The notes beneath the pieces were generated by a model. That model did no database searches. It was not told the DNA's origin and worked only from the letters and a program-made list of their open reading frames with translations. A DNA stretch of 64,000 bases from assembly GCA_965262725.1 (NCBI GenBank), contig OZ253555.1, positions 1 to 64,000 on the forward strand, read 5' to 3'. Shown in pieces: positions 53,150-63,080 of this stretch (position 1 is the first letter of the stretch; every line of letters starts with the position of its first letter). The position numbers were made by a program, and so were the translations under genes. The DNA is from Dehalococcoidia bacterium. GTDB lineage: Bacteria; Chloroflexota; Dehalococcoidia; UBA2979.

Positions 53150-55803
53150 CGGCGCTCTCCCCGGATCGCTTCTCCGAGTTCTTCCGGGCGGTGCACGGCA
53201 CGGAGCCCTTCCCCTGGCAGGAGCGGCTGGCGCGGCAGGTCGCCGGCGCCCGGCCGGGCGAGCCGTGCTGGCCGGACGCGCTCGCGCTGCCCCCCGCCGC
53301 CGGCACGACGGCATGCGTCGACATCTCCGTGTTCGCCCTCGCCTGCCAGGCCGGCCGCGCGCCCCCGGACCGCACGGCGCCGCGCCGCATCTTCTCCGTG
53401 GTGGACCGGCGCCTCGCCCTCGACGCCACCCTGGAGCGGGCGCTGGTGCTGGCCGGGGCGCTGGCCCGCGCCACGGGCGGCATCCTGGGGGAGGTCGCCT
53501 CCCGCCTGCGCTTCCTGGCCACGGGCGGCGAGACGGGCGCCGCCTCCGCGGAACCTCTCTCCGTCTTCGGGCTGCGCGACGGGATGTACCGCGACGACCG
53601 GTGGTTCCGCTCGCCCCTTCAGCCCGCCGTCGTCACCGCCACCGTGGACCAGTTCGGCTCGCGGCTGCTGTTCCGGGGGTACGGCCCGAGCAATTACATG
53701 TGGCCGGTGCACGCCGGCCTCGCCGCGAACGACAGTCTCGTGCTGCTGGACGAGGCCCACTGCGCCCGGCCGTTCCGGCAGACGCTTCGGCGCGTCATGC
53801 AGTACCGGCAGTGGCGCTCCGCGCCCGCGGCGGTCCCGGGCGCTCCCTTCTCCGTGACGCTCGCCTCCGCCGCCCCGCCCCCGGACGCCGGGAGCACGTT
53901 CACCCTCGGGCCGGGCGATCGCTCCCACCCGGTTCTGGGGCCGCGGCTGAGCTGCTCCAGGCCGGCCAGGCTCGTCCTGGTGCGGAGCCCGCGGGGGGAG
54001 GATGCCGCCGCTGCCTGGGCGTCGCGGATCGCCGGCGAGGCCGCCTCGCTCGCCGGGTCCGGCCGCACCGCCATCGGCGTGATCGTCAACCGCGTCCAGA
54101 CCGCGAGGGCGGTCCACGAGCAGCTGGAGCGGCTCGGGCACCCGGCGGTGCTGCTCAGCGGCCGCATGCGGCCGCTGGATCGACACCAGGTCGCCGCCGG
54201 GCTGGGAGCGCTCGGGACGGCCGAGCCGCGAGGCTCCCTGGAGCCGATCTTCGTCGTGGGCACGCAGGCGCTGGAGGTCGGCTCCGATCTGGACGTCGAC
54301 GGGCTGGTCACCGAGTGCGCGAGCCTGGATGCCCTCAGGCAGCGCTTCGGACGCCTCAACCGGGCGGGCCGCCCCGTCCCGGCCCGCGCCGTCATCCTGG
54401 CCGAGTCCGCGCGGATCGGCCGGAGGAGCGGCCCCGACGTGGTCTACGGCGGGGCGCTGGCGGCGACGTGGCGGTGGCTCGAAGGCCACGCCTCAGGCGG
54501 CGAGATCGACCTCGGGCAGGAGGCGCTCCAGCGCCTCCTGCCGGCGGAGCACGGCGAGCGGGCGGCGCTGCTTGAGCGGCTCTCCGCCCCGGCCGCCGAC
54601 GCGCCGGTGATGTTCCCGGCCCACCTGGACGCCTGGAGCCAGACCTCGCCGGTGCCCGCTCCCGACCCGGACGTCTCGGTCTTCCTGCACGGCCCCGGGC
54701 GCGGAACGCCCGACGTGCAGCTGTGCTGGCGCTCGGATCTGCCGGCCGCGCTGACGGGCCCGCGGGCGGCGGACCCCGCCGCGTCCATCGTCAGCCTCTG
54801 CCCGCCGGCCTCCGGGGAATGCCTGCCCGTGCCCCTCTCCGTCTTCCGCCGCTGGCTCCGGGGCGACGACCGGGCGCAGCCCTCGAGCGACGTCGAGGGC
54901 GGGGGCCCGGGTGACGGCGACGGGCGGCGCGAGGTGCCCCGCGGCGCGCGCGTCGTGCTCAGGTGGCGCGGCCCGGAGGAGAGCGCGCTGGTCGGCGCGG
55001 AGGACGCAGGCGAGCTGCAGCCCGGCGACACCCTGGTCGTGCCCGCGGAGCTGGGCGGATGGGATCTCCTCGGCGCCGTGCCGGCGCCGCACGCAGCGCC
55101 CCTCGACATCGGTGACGCGGCGCACCGTGAGTCGCGGTCGGTGCCGCTCCTGCGCGTGCACGAGCGCACGCTTCAGTCCTGGCCGCAGGGCCCGGAGCGC
55201 GATGCGCTCTCCGGCATGCTCCGCCGCGGCGAGATCCCGGAGGAGGCCGACGAGTTGCTGCCGCTCGTGTCGGCGATCGCCGGGCGGGACGACGCCCCCG
55301 GCTGGCTGCGGGCGGCCGCGGCGGCCTGGGCCGGCGGGCACAGGCGGACGATACTGCCGCACCCGGGCGGCGGCTTCGTGCCGCGCGGCGCGCGCGACCC
55401 GGCGTCCGGTCTCGAGGCGGGGACGCCCACCGACGAGGACGACGCCTACTCCGCGACCGTGGAGGTGGCGCTTGAGGATCACGTCGCCGGCGTCGCCGCG
55501 TGGGCGACGCGCTTCGGGCGGGGGGCGGGGCTCCCCGAGGAGCTGACGCACGACCTCGCCCTGGCCGCGCGCCTCCACGACCGGGGGAAGGTGGACCCCC
55601 GGCAGCAGGTGATGTTCCACGGGGGCAACCCCTTGGCGGCCGCCACCCGCGCGCCCCTGGCCAGGTCCGCGCGGTACCCGTCGAGCCGCGCGGAGTACCG
55701 GCGGGCCTGCCGGGAGAGCGGCTTCCCGGTCGGCGGCCGGCACGAGCTGCTCTCCGTCGCCCTCGCGGGGAGCGCACCCGACCTGCTCGCCTCCGCCCAT
55801 GAT
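53146..55803 (+). pseudogene. cas3: Type I-G Cas3 (helicase plus C-terminal HD), degenerate and truncated
   Basis: PFPWQ, VVDRR, TVDQ.GSRLLFRGYG, DEAH, QRFGRLNR, LEDH...LHDRGK...RHE. Walker A reads PPAAGTT. Homology ends at ~55800. Confidence 0.88.
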
Positions 55804-56086
55804 CCGACGGGGCCGCGCGCGCAGGGGGGGGGGTCGGACAGAGTTCGGCGCCCGCCGCGTGGGGGCCGGTCGCGAGGGCGCCGCGCTCCCGGCATGCGGC
55901 CGGCAGGAGACGCAGAGGGGCCGCTTCAGCCGGATGCTCAGCCGTCGGTTCCGCGTTGGGGGCGGCTCTGCCGGGCGGCGGCGTCGTACCCACCTCCGAT
56001 GCGGGCCGGGCGTGCCGCGACGTGCCGGGCGGCCGTGTTGCGACGAGCACCGCTCGCCGCCATCCTGAAATCTCGGCCTCGCGCGC

Positions 56087-56151
56087 GCGCCGGTAGCTCA
56101 GGGGACAGAGCATCAGTCTTGAGAGATGAGGGTCGAATCCCTCCCGGTGCG
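56087..56151 (+). pseudogene. tRNA pseudogene (Arg-like body, ~10 nt deleted)
   Basis: GCGCCGG/CCGGTGC acceptor, GCTC-AGGGGACA-GAGC D arm, GAGGG-TCGAAT-CCCTC T arm; anticodon/variable region too short. Confidence 0.65.
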
Positions 56152-56443
56152 TATCCTTCCCTCTCGCTGCCTGCCGAGACCCACAGAATCGAGGCGCGCC
56201 CCACCGACGCCCCACGTGCTCGCGCCAACGTGCTCGTCGTCTAGGCCGAACTCGCCTCGCACGACTGCCTGCGCGCGGCCTGCGGAGAGCTGAACCACTC
56301 CCGCGTCAACGTGCCGCTGCGGGTCTCGCACCGGGGCGGCACTGGAGCACGGGGGCCGTTGGGAGCGGCCTGACGAACGGTGACCTCCGCTGGGCCGTCG
56401 CTCCCCTTGGCAGGAGTCCGCCTGAGGCCGGCCCATGCGGCGG

Positions 56444-56800
56444 TCACTCCTCCGGCGGTCGCGAGATGCGGATCCTCCCACCGCGAATCGTGATCACCGC
56501 GCGTTCGTCCAGGGCGCCGCCGTGATGCGCGATCACATCCGCCATCAAGGCGATGCGCCGCTCCGCCGGGACGTCCGGCAGCCGCACCAGTCCCGCGTGC
56601 GGCACGTCGTGCACGTAGATCAGCTCCCCGAAGTCGGTGTCGATCGTGACCAGCACCCGGTCCAGCGTCTCGGCGAACTCCAGCAACGCCCGGTCACCGG
56701 GGTCGGGGCCGAGCCTGCGCGCCTCCAGGACATCGTGGCCGCCACTGCGAAGCGACTCCGCGACATGCCGTCGGGCGCAGCGATCGACAAGGAACCTCAC
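56444..56800 (-). CDS. DUF5615 PIN-like toxin
   Basis: MRFLVDRC...GHDV...D...LVTIDTDFGEL. Confidence 0.85.
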   Translation of the reverse strand: MRFLVDRCARRHVAESLRSGGHDVLEARRLGPDPGDRALLEFAETLDRVLVTIDTDFGELIYVHDVPHAGLVRLPDVPAERRIALMADVIAHHGGALDERAVITIRGGRIRISRPPEE

Positions 56801-57048
56801 TACCCGGCGACGGAGACCGTGGCCAGCGTGTCGCGCGCGATGACCGCGTGCGCGTAGGCGGTGCAGGCGAGGATGTCATCGGGCTCAAGGTCCGGGTAGT
56901 CGTCGAGGATAGCCCCCGGTTCGACGCGCTGAGCGAGCAGGCTCAACACCAGCTCCACGGAGATGCGGAGGTCGCGAATGATCGGCTTTCCGCCGAAGAC
57001 ATCGGGCCGCGCGGTAATGCGCTGCAGCAGTTCCTCGTTCGCCGACAT
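56800..57048 (-). CDS. DUF433 antitoxin
   Basis: RITARPDVFGGKPIIRDLRISV...YPDLEPDDI. Confidence 0.9.
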   Translation of the reverse strand: MSANEELLQRITARPDVFGGKPIIRDLRISVELVLSLLAQRVEPGAILDDYPDLEPDDILACTAYAHAVIARDTLATVSVAG

Positions 57049-57555
57049 GATCCACCTCCGGCTCCATCGCCGCGGGACTCTCGGCTGCGACTCCCAGCAT
57101 ACCGCGCCCTGCGCGGAGGGAACGTGAGCGCGGCGTGCCGCCCCGCAACTCGCGCTCCTCAAGCGGGCAGTCGACGATTCGCTTCAAGCCAGCGTCGACG
57201 CCTACCCCAGCGAACAGAGGGACTGCTCGCGGGCCGTCCTTCCGGTGAGAGCCGGGAGTCGTTTCGGCGTTGGCTCCAGGCGAAGCGCGTCGGCCGGCCG
57301 CTACGCTCGACGCCCTCTTCGATGGGGGCGACGGAGAACCGTCCCGGAGCAGCCGCGGTTCGAGTCCTTCCCGGCGCCGGTCGACGATACGCTCCCGGAG
57401 AGTCGGCAGCGCGTTCAGGACCGCGGCCGGGTCCTGATCGCCGAAGAGATGTCCGCGCGCGACCTCCGGAGCGCGGTGCCGTTGTTAGCGACAACGCTGT
57501 CGGTCGATAATAGCGAACACGGCTATTCTCACCGTCGCTAACAAGGAGCCGCCTG

Positions 57556-58728
57556 GTGATCCACCGGCAGCGACAGCCCCACGGACGCCTCGTGGACTGC
57601 CCCGGCAACTACCGCGCCTTCGTGCCGGCTCCACCCCCGCCATCCCTCTCCTAGGATGAGCATCTCACGCTTGGCCTGTCCGCCGCCGACCGCGCCATCG
57701 GCAGACTCGCCGGTGAAGGACGGCGACTCCCCCACCCGCATCTCCTGATCCGGCCCTTCGTCCGCAGGGAGGCCGTGCTCTCCAGCCGCATCGAGGGCAC
57801 GCAGGCGACTCTGGGGGAGTTGCTTGCGGCCGAGGCCGGCGCCGCCGTCGACCGCAGCCCGGACGACCTGCGTGAGGTCGGGAACTACGTCACTGCCCTC
57901 GAGTACGGCCTGGAGCGCCGTGCAACGCTGCCCGTCTCGCTGCGTCTCGTGCGAGAACTCCACGAACGACTCATGCGGGGGGTCCGTGGGGACGTGGCTA
58001 CCCCGGGAGAGTTCCGGCGCAGCCAGAACTGGATCGGGCCACCGGGCTGCACCCTCTACGAGGCGAGCTACGTCCCGCCCCCGCCTGCCGAGCTGATGCC
58101 GTGCCTCGACGCCTGGGAGCGGTTCCTTCACGATCAGTCCCTCCCCCCGCTCGTGCACGCCGCCGTCGCCCATGCCCACTTCGAGGCGATCCACCCCTTC
58201 CTCGACGGCAACGGCCGCGTCGGGCGCCTGCTCATCACGCTCCTGCTGATCGCGCGCGGCGTCCTCCCCTCACCCCTGCTCTGCCTGAGCGCCTACTTCG
58301 AGTCGACGAGGGACGCCTACTACGCTCACCTGCTGGCACTGACGGAGCGGGGGGAATGGGAGGAGTGGCTGACCTACTTTCTGCGAGGGGTCGTGCTGCA
58401 ATCGGAGGATGCCCTGGAGAGGATCGAGCGGCTCGACGACCTGCTGGCGGGCTGGAGGCGGGGGCTCGCGGCCGCGCGCTCACGACTGCCCGAGCAGGCA
58501 CTCGACCTCTTCGCCGAGAACCCCTTCTGGACGGTGCGCGGCGTGTCCTCACGCCTCGGGGTGGCCTTCACGACCGCTCAGCGGGGCATCGAGCGCCTGC
58601 AGGCGTCCGGCATCGTCACCCGCGTGGGAGAAGGTCGCCGCAACCGCGTCTACTGTGCGGAGGCCGTCCTGAACATCCTGGAGCAGCCCTTCCCTCCTCA
58701 GAGAGGTGCTCCGGCCGCGACGTCCTGA
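57556..58728 (+). pseudogene. Fic family protein, in-frame TAG at ~57652 (the 57775 ORF is its 3' part)
   Basis: YRAFVPAPPPPSLS*DEHL...EAVLSSRIEG...HPFLDGNGRVGR. Confidence 0.85.
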
Positions 58729-59057
58729 CCACACCCCGAGGATCCCGCTGCGAGGACTCGCGATTCAGCGCACGATTGCGGATCGTGACGGACCGGGGCC
58801 CGCCTCGGCTGCATCCGCGGGCTGCTTCGATGACCTGCTGCGCTCATCGTCCAGGATGAGCTTCTCGCGCATGCGACGCTGCTCGAGGCGTTCGGGCCGA
58901 CGCTCGGCCGGCCGCACGTGGACACACTGAATGGATCGCGCCACAGCAATATGAAGGAGCTTCGCTTTGGGGATTATATGGGAAAGTGCCACGAGATGAT
59001 AGGCTAGAGCGGTGACCCGCAACGTCCTGAGACAGGCGGGCCACCGCTCTCGACGAT

Positions 59058-59128
59058 GGGGCGTGCAGGCTTGCCGGGGTAGACTTACACCCTGCCCCCG
59101 CCGGGTTCGACTCCCGGACGCTCCACCA
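59058..59128 (+). ncRNA. Non-canonical tRNA-like / tmRNA tRNA-like-domain-like RNA
   Basis: GGGGCGT/ACGCTCC-A-CCA acceptor with G3.U70; CCGGG-TTCGACT-CCCGG T arm; GGGGTAG/CTGCCCC stem; no proper D stem. Confidence 0.75.
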
Positions 59129-59287
59129 TCACCTTACCAGAGGGAGGGGCAGCCGCCGACTTTGCCGGCAGGCCGAGTACAGCCCGCGCCAACTCCTGCG
59201 GCGACGCGTCGATCCGATTATCTACTCGCTTCGGCACGTCTCAGCCTCTCTTCCCACATCTAGGGTGTTGGACGCGTTCGGCGTTTG

Positions 59288-59782
59288 TCAAGGTGCGTCC
59301 GAGGGGGCGATCTCGACATGCCAGGCCCCGTCGCAGAGCACCAGGAGCTCGATGCGCGCTGTGAGCCGGGCTGTGAAGGTGACCACCTGCACCGCCTCCC
59401 AGTGACCGCGCTCCTTGTTCCAGCCGACAGAGGTGTCGCGAATCGCGACGATGGACGTGCCGTACTTGCTGTGGTCCTCGACCCACTTCGACGCCGAGCG
59501 GTCGAGCACGTGCATGCTGCACAGGTCGAGGAACTCGGTGTGCTCTGCGTCCAGCCACGTGGAGCGGGCAGTGTATCTGCCGGGGGCGAGCACAAAGGAG
59601 TCGCTCGTGAAATCCCCCACCCCGTCAAATGTCCCGGCCGGCGGATCTGGCTCGGGCACCGCGCTCTTGACGAGGGCGCGGTGTTCGTCGGTCAGGTCGT
59701 CCGGAAACAGGGCGCTCAGGTCGCTGCCAGCGAGGTGGGACGCGATCACGATAAGCACGGCCAAGATGAGCGACGACAGCAC
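59288..59782 (-). CDS. Passenger hypothetical membrane-anchored/secreted protein
   Basis: N-terminal hydrophobic helix; TFDGVGDFTSDSFVLAPGRY beta-sandwich-like segment. Confidence 0.6.
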   Translation of the reverse strand: MLSSLILAVLIVIASHLAGSDLSALFPDDLTDEHRALVKSAVPEPDPPAGTFDGVGDFTSDSFVLAPGRYTARSTWLDAEHTEFLDLCSMHVLDRSASKWVEDHSKYGTSIVAIRDTSVGWNKERGHWEAVQVVTFTARLTARIELLVLCDGAWHVEIAPSDAP

Positions 59783-59977
59783 GTGGAGCCCCCTCGCGGA
59801 GCAGGTCGGGGATTGACCGCTCTCGCCAGATGGCCCTTACACCGGCACAGCCCCGCGAGGAGACATGGGTCTCCCCGACCTCTGAGAGGTGCCGATGCAG
59901 GTCGCTCTGGCGAGAGCTGCGGGATGCTACCACAAATGGCGTGTCGCGCGGCGACACGCTCCGGTACAATCACCGGT

Positions 59978-60322
59978 ATGACCCCCAAGCAGACCGATCA
60001 GGCGATCGCTGAGCTTGTGACGAGCTTTGCTGCGAACCAGCAGGCTCGCGGGTTCGCGCAGATGCGGCTCCAGTCGGTTGGACGCCAGCTACAGGAGCTT
60101 GGGAAGGCTCTCGTCGACACACCCCGCGCCGTGTGCCTCAAGGATGGCGTTATCGCCAAGAACTACGCTGATGCAGGCGCAACCGTCGAGGACGTTACGT
60201 GGGATGGCCATTCTCTGCGAGACATGATCGAAGCCTACCATGAGGCCCTCACCGAGCAGGATCGTCTCTCCGCGACAGCGAGGACCTGCGGGCTGGATAA
60301 CGTCCTCCGGATCGACCCCTAG
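59978..60322 (+). CDS. Passenger hypothetical protein (114 aa), probably leaderless
   Basis: TACAAT at 59965-59970 lies 7 nt before the ATG; helical composition. Confidence 0.6.
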   Translation: MTPKQTDQAIAELVTSFAANQQARGFAQMRLQSVGRQLQELGKALVDTPRAVCLKDGVIAKNYADAGATVEDVTWDGHSLRDMIEAYHEALTEQDRLSATARTCGLDNVLRIDP

Positions 60323-60340
60323 CTCGGGGGTCTCACGCGA

Positions 60341-61279
60341 CTAGGCCACAAGGTCACAGTAGCGCAGGCGCTTGCCCTGCATCCCCCGCCAGATCGCGGC
60401 CATCTGATCGATCGTGTCCATCGGGCGCTGGTTGTGGCGGCCCGCGAACTCGGCGACGTAGCGGTCGAGGTGCTTCGGGCTCATGCGGTGGTACGTCCCG
60501 TAGTAGCCGCGCTTGAGCATCGACCAGAACGACTCGATACCGTTCGTGTGAGCTTGACCGTTGACGTACTCGCCCACGCTGTGGGCGACCGTCTCGTGAT
60601 TCGGGAGGCCCCGGTACGCGCCGTGGTCGTCCGTGTAGACATCGGCCTCCTGCGCGATGCGCGAGAGGACGAACGGCTTGAGCGTCGCGCCGTCGGTGCG
60701 CTCGACGACGCGGGCGCTCACCTGGCCTGATACACGATCCTTGACGCCGGCGACGGCGGTCTTGCCGACAGGCCCGCGGCCCGCGCGCAGCTTCATGCTC
60801 GCGTGCTTGTTGTGCTCCTTACCGCCGATGTAGGTCTCGTCCGCCTCGACGGGGCCGATGAAGCCGTTGAGGTCGCCCTGCGCCTCCCATGCCTGGCGGA
60901 TGCGGTGTACGAGGTGCCACGCGGACTTCTGCGTGACCTCGAGGTCGCGGTGCATCTTCATCGACGAAACACCCTTGAGCGAGGTCGAGAGCACGTAGAT
61001 CGCGATCGCCCATGTCTGGTAGCCAAGCTTCGAGGACTGCATGGCCGTGCCGGTGCGAACGCTGAAGCGCTTCTTGCAGTCGCGGCAGCGGAAGGGCATG
61101 GACTTGTGGACGGCGTCGGTCTTCACGTCTAGGGAGCCGCAGGCTGTGCAGGCGGGAGAGCCGCCCCAGCGGGTCTCTACGAACCAGTCCTCGGCGGTCG
61201 TGTCGTCGGGGAACAAGCGAAACAACTCTCGCATGCTCATCCCCTTGCGGTGGTACTGGCCCGGCGCCTTCTGCGTCAT
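60341..61279 (-). CDS. IS1595 family transposase
   Basis: CTAC...CRDC zinc ribbon, HTH, EADETY, YTDD, HTNGIESFW. Confidence 0.95.
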   Translation of the reverse strand: MTQKAPGQYHRKGMSMRELFRLFPDDTTAEDWFVETRWGGSPACTACGSLDVKTDAVHKSMPFRCRDCKKRFSVRTGTAMQSSKLGYQTWAIAIYVLSTSLKGVSSMKMHRDLEVTQKSAWHLVHRIRQAWEAQGDLNGFIGPVEADETYIGGKEHNKHASMKLRAGRGPVGKTAVAGVKDRVSGQVSARVVERTDGATLKPFVLSRIAQEADVYTDDHGAYRGLPNHETVAHSVGEYVNGQAHTNGIESFWSMLKRGYYGTYHRMSPKHLDRYVAEFAGRHNQRPMDTIDQMAAIWRGMQGKRLRYCDLVA

Positions 61280-61533
61280 CTCCGGATTCTCCTTGCTACA
61301 CAAGGATCATATCATCTCGTGGCAGTTTTGTATATAATCCCCTTCGCTTTCGGGCCGCTGGAGGCGTGTGGCGCGTCGCCTTCGCGTTCGACCCACGGCG
61401 GCGGGCCATGCTGCTCGCAGCCGGTGACAAGGCAGGTCTGGATGAGCGGCGCTCCTACCGCCAGTTGATCAGGAGGGCGGACCAGCGGTTCGACTCCCAT
61501 CTCGAGCGGCTGGGGTGAAGCACGGAGGTGACC

Positions 61534-61869
61534 ATGTCGACACTCAACCAGCGGTTGGACGGACTTGCGCCTGAGCGCCGGCAGCGCGTCGAGGACCGCG
61601 CGCGGGTTCTGATTGCCGAAGAGATGTCCCTGCGAGACCTGCGACGAGCCCGGGAGCAGACCCAGGCGAGCGTCGCGGCGAGGCTCGGGATCAACCAGGA
61701 GAACGTCTCACGACTCGAACAGCGCAGCGATCTGCTCCTCTCCACGCTTCGCAGTTACGTCGGAGCGATGGGCGGCACGCTGAACATCGTCGCCGAGTTC
61801 CCCGACCGCCCGCCTATAGCGCTGACCGGTATCGCGGCTCTGGACGGGGAGCAGGACGAGCCGGGTTAG
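61534..61869 (+). CDS. XRE-family HTH antitoxin (degenerate stub copy at ~57360-57480)
   Basis: LRDLRRAREQTQASVAARLGINQENVSRLEQRSDLLLSTLRSYV. Confidence 0.9.
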   Translation: MSTLNQRLDGLAPERRQRVEDRARVLIAEEMSLRDLRRAREQTQASVAARLGINQENVSRLEQRSDLLLSTLRSYVGAMGGTLNIVAEFPDRPPIALTGIAALDGEQDEPG

Positions 61870-61891
61870 CCCGGGGGGCGCTTCACCCGTC

Positions 61892-62440
61892 CTATCCCCG
61901 TCTGCGCGGGACCCGCCTGAGAGGTTCCGAGGAGCGGGTGGCTCCTCTGGGACTCGCGAGCTGCCGCTCCAGCGCCGTGAACGCCTCGATGAGTTCGGGA
62001 GCCTCGAACGCACGGTTTCGGCGTCCGACGGTCAACTGCGTGAGGATGCCGGCCTCCTCCAGCCGGTTAATGGCCTGGCTTGTCGCCTGGTACGACCGGC
62101 CGATCAGGTCCGCCGCCGACGCGCGGCGCACCGGCCCCAGCCGCCCGCGCCAGGCGTCCTGGAGCGCCCGCACCTGCTCCTCGAAGCGCCCGGCGTCCTC
62201 GGCGGCGCGTCTGTATGCGCTCGCGAAGAGCGCGATCCAGCGGTTGACGCCGGCGCGGGCATCGTCCGAATCGGGCACGCCCTCGTAGCGCGTCGCCGTG
62301 AGGCCACCCACGTAGTCGCCGGGCCACGTGGCGAGGATCAACGAGATCGGCGGGAGGATGCGTGGTGCGAGCCCGCGTCGTCGTAGCACGAGGTGGATGA
62401 GCGCGCGTCCGGTTCGCCCGTTCCCGTCGATGAACGGCCT
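61892..62440 (-). pseudogene. Fic family C-terminal fragment
   Basis: PFIDGNGRTGRALIH; GRRNRAFEA. Confidence 0.8.
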
Positions 62441-62499
62441 GCTCGACCATCCCGGTTCTCCGGCGCCCGATCTTCCGCTGGCTCTATCCAGCCACGGCC

Positions 62500-62645
62500 G
62501 CAGCTGCGGGCGTAGTCGAGGAAGCCCCTCGTGAGGCGCTGGTGCAGCGCGTCGGGCGTCGGCCACGGCGGCCGGAACGTTATCGACGGCGAGGTAGCGG
62601 GCACGCTCTCGCAGAAGGCCCAGGCCTCCTCCAGGCCCCTCGAGC
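62500..62645 (-). pseudogene. IS21 istA internal remnant
   Basis: GLEEAWAF...DALH.R.TRGFLDYAR matches istA at ~5900-6030. Confidence 0.8.
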
Positions 62646-63080
62646 ACCGCGTCGAGCCGCCGGCTGGTAGTGGGCCAGACGTGGTGGCTCCTGATCCGAC
62701 AGGCAATCGCGGCGCGCGTCGACGAGGGGCGCGACCTCCACGAGCCAGGGAATCTCTGGGTGGGCCTACCGCACGGCGTCGGGGACGTTGTCGACCGCGT
62801 CCCCGAGCGCCGCGATGTGCCCGAGCGACATCGTGGAGCACCCGCGCGCCGCTAGATCAGGGGACACTATCGACGCGGCGTGATCGATATGACCGCCCCC
62901 AGTTGTCCGCGTCGCTGGATGGAGCGGTATCACTTGACGAATCCCGGGGCCGGATGCGGCGATCGCAGCCGACCCTGCTCCGCCACCCTCGGCCCCTGAG
63001 TGATCGAGGACCCCCGCCGCTGGCGGCACTGCAACTGGCCGGCCACGCCCCGGACACCCGTGGCCACGTTGCGTCTGGTC

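Larger units (their letters stand above)
58969..61342 (-). mobile_element. IS1595-family transporter element with passengers (2374 bp)
   Basis: 33-bp imperfect IRs GGGGATTATAT.......TGCCACGAGATGATA; 8-bp duplication TTCGCTTT (58961-58968 and 61343-61350). Confidence 0.93.
58825..61518 (+). pseudogene. RelE/Gp49-like toxin gene split by the IS1595 element
   Basis: GPTLGRPHVDTLNGSRHSNMKELRF joins RAAGGVWRVAFAFDPRRRAMLLAAGDK after removing the IS and one duplication copy. Confidence 0.88.

Noticed and set aside
55800-56040. Several GGGGCCG motifs after cas3 resembling degenerate type I-G CRISPR repeats
   Set aside because: Spacing is irregular (~40-55 nt), there is no conserved 36-nt unit, and such motifs are expected in very GC-rich DNA.
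55804-56244. C-terminal extension of Cas3 as a fused domain
   Set aside because: Low-complexity read-through across non-coding DNA and the tRNA relic.
59058-59128. Pyrrolysine or selenocysteine tRNA
   Set aside because: No CUA or UCA anticodon, no long variable arm, and no pyl/sel genes in the window.
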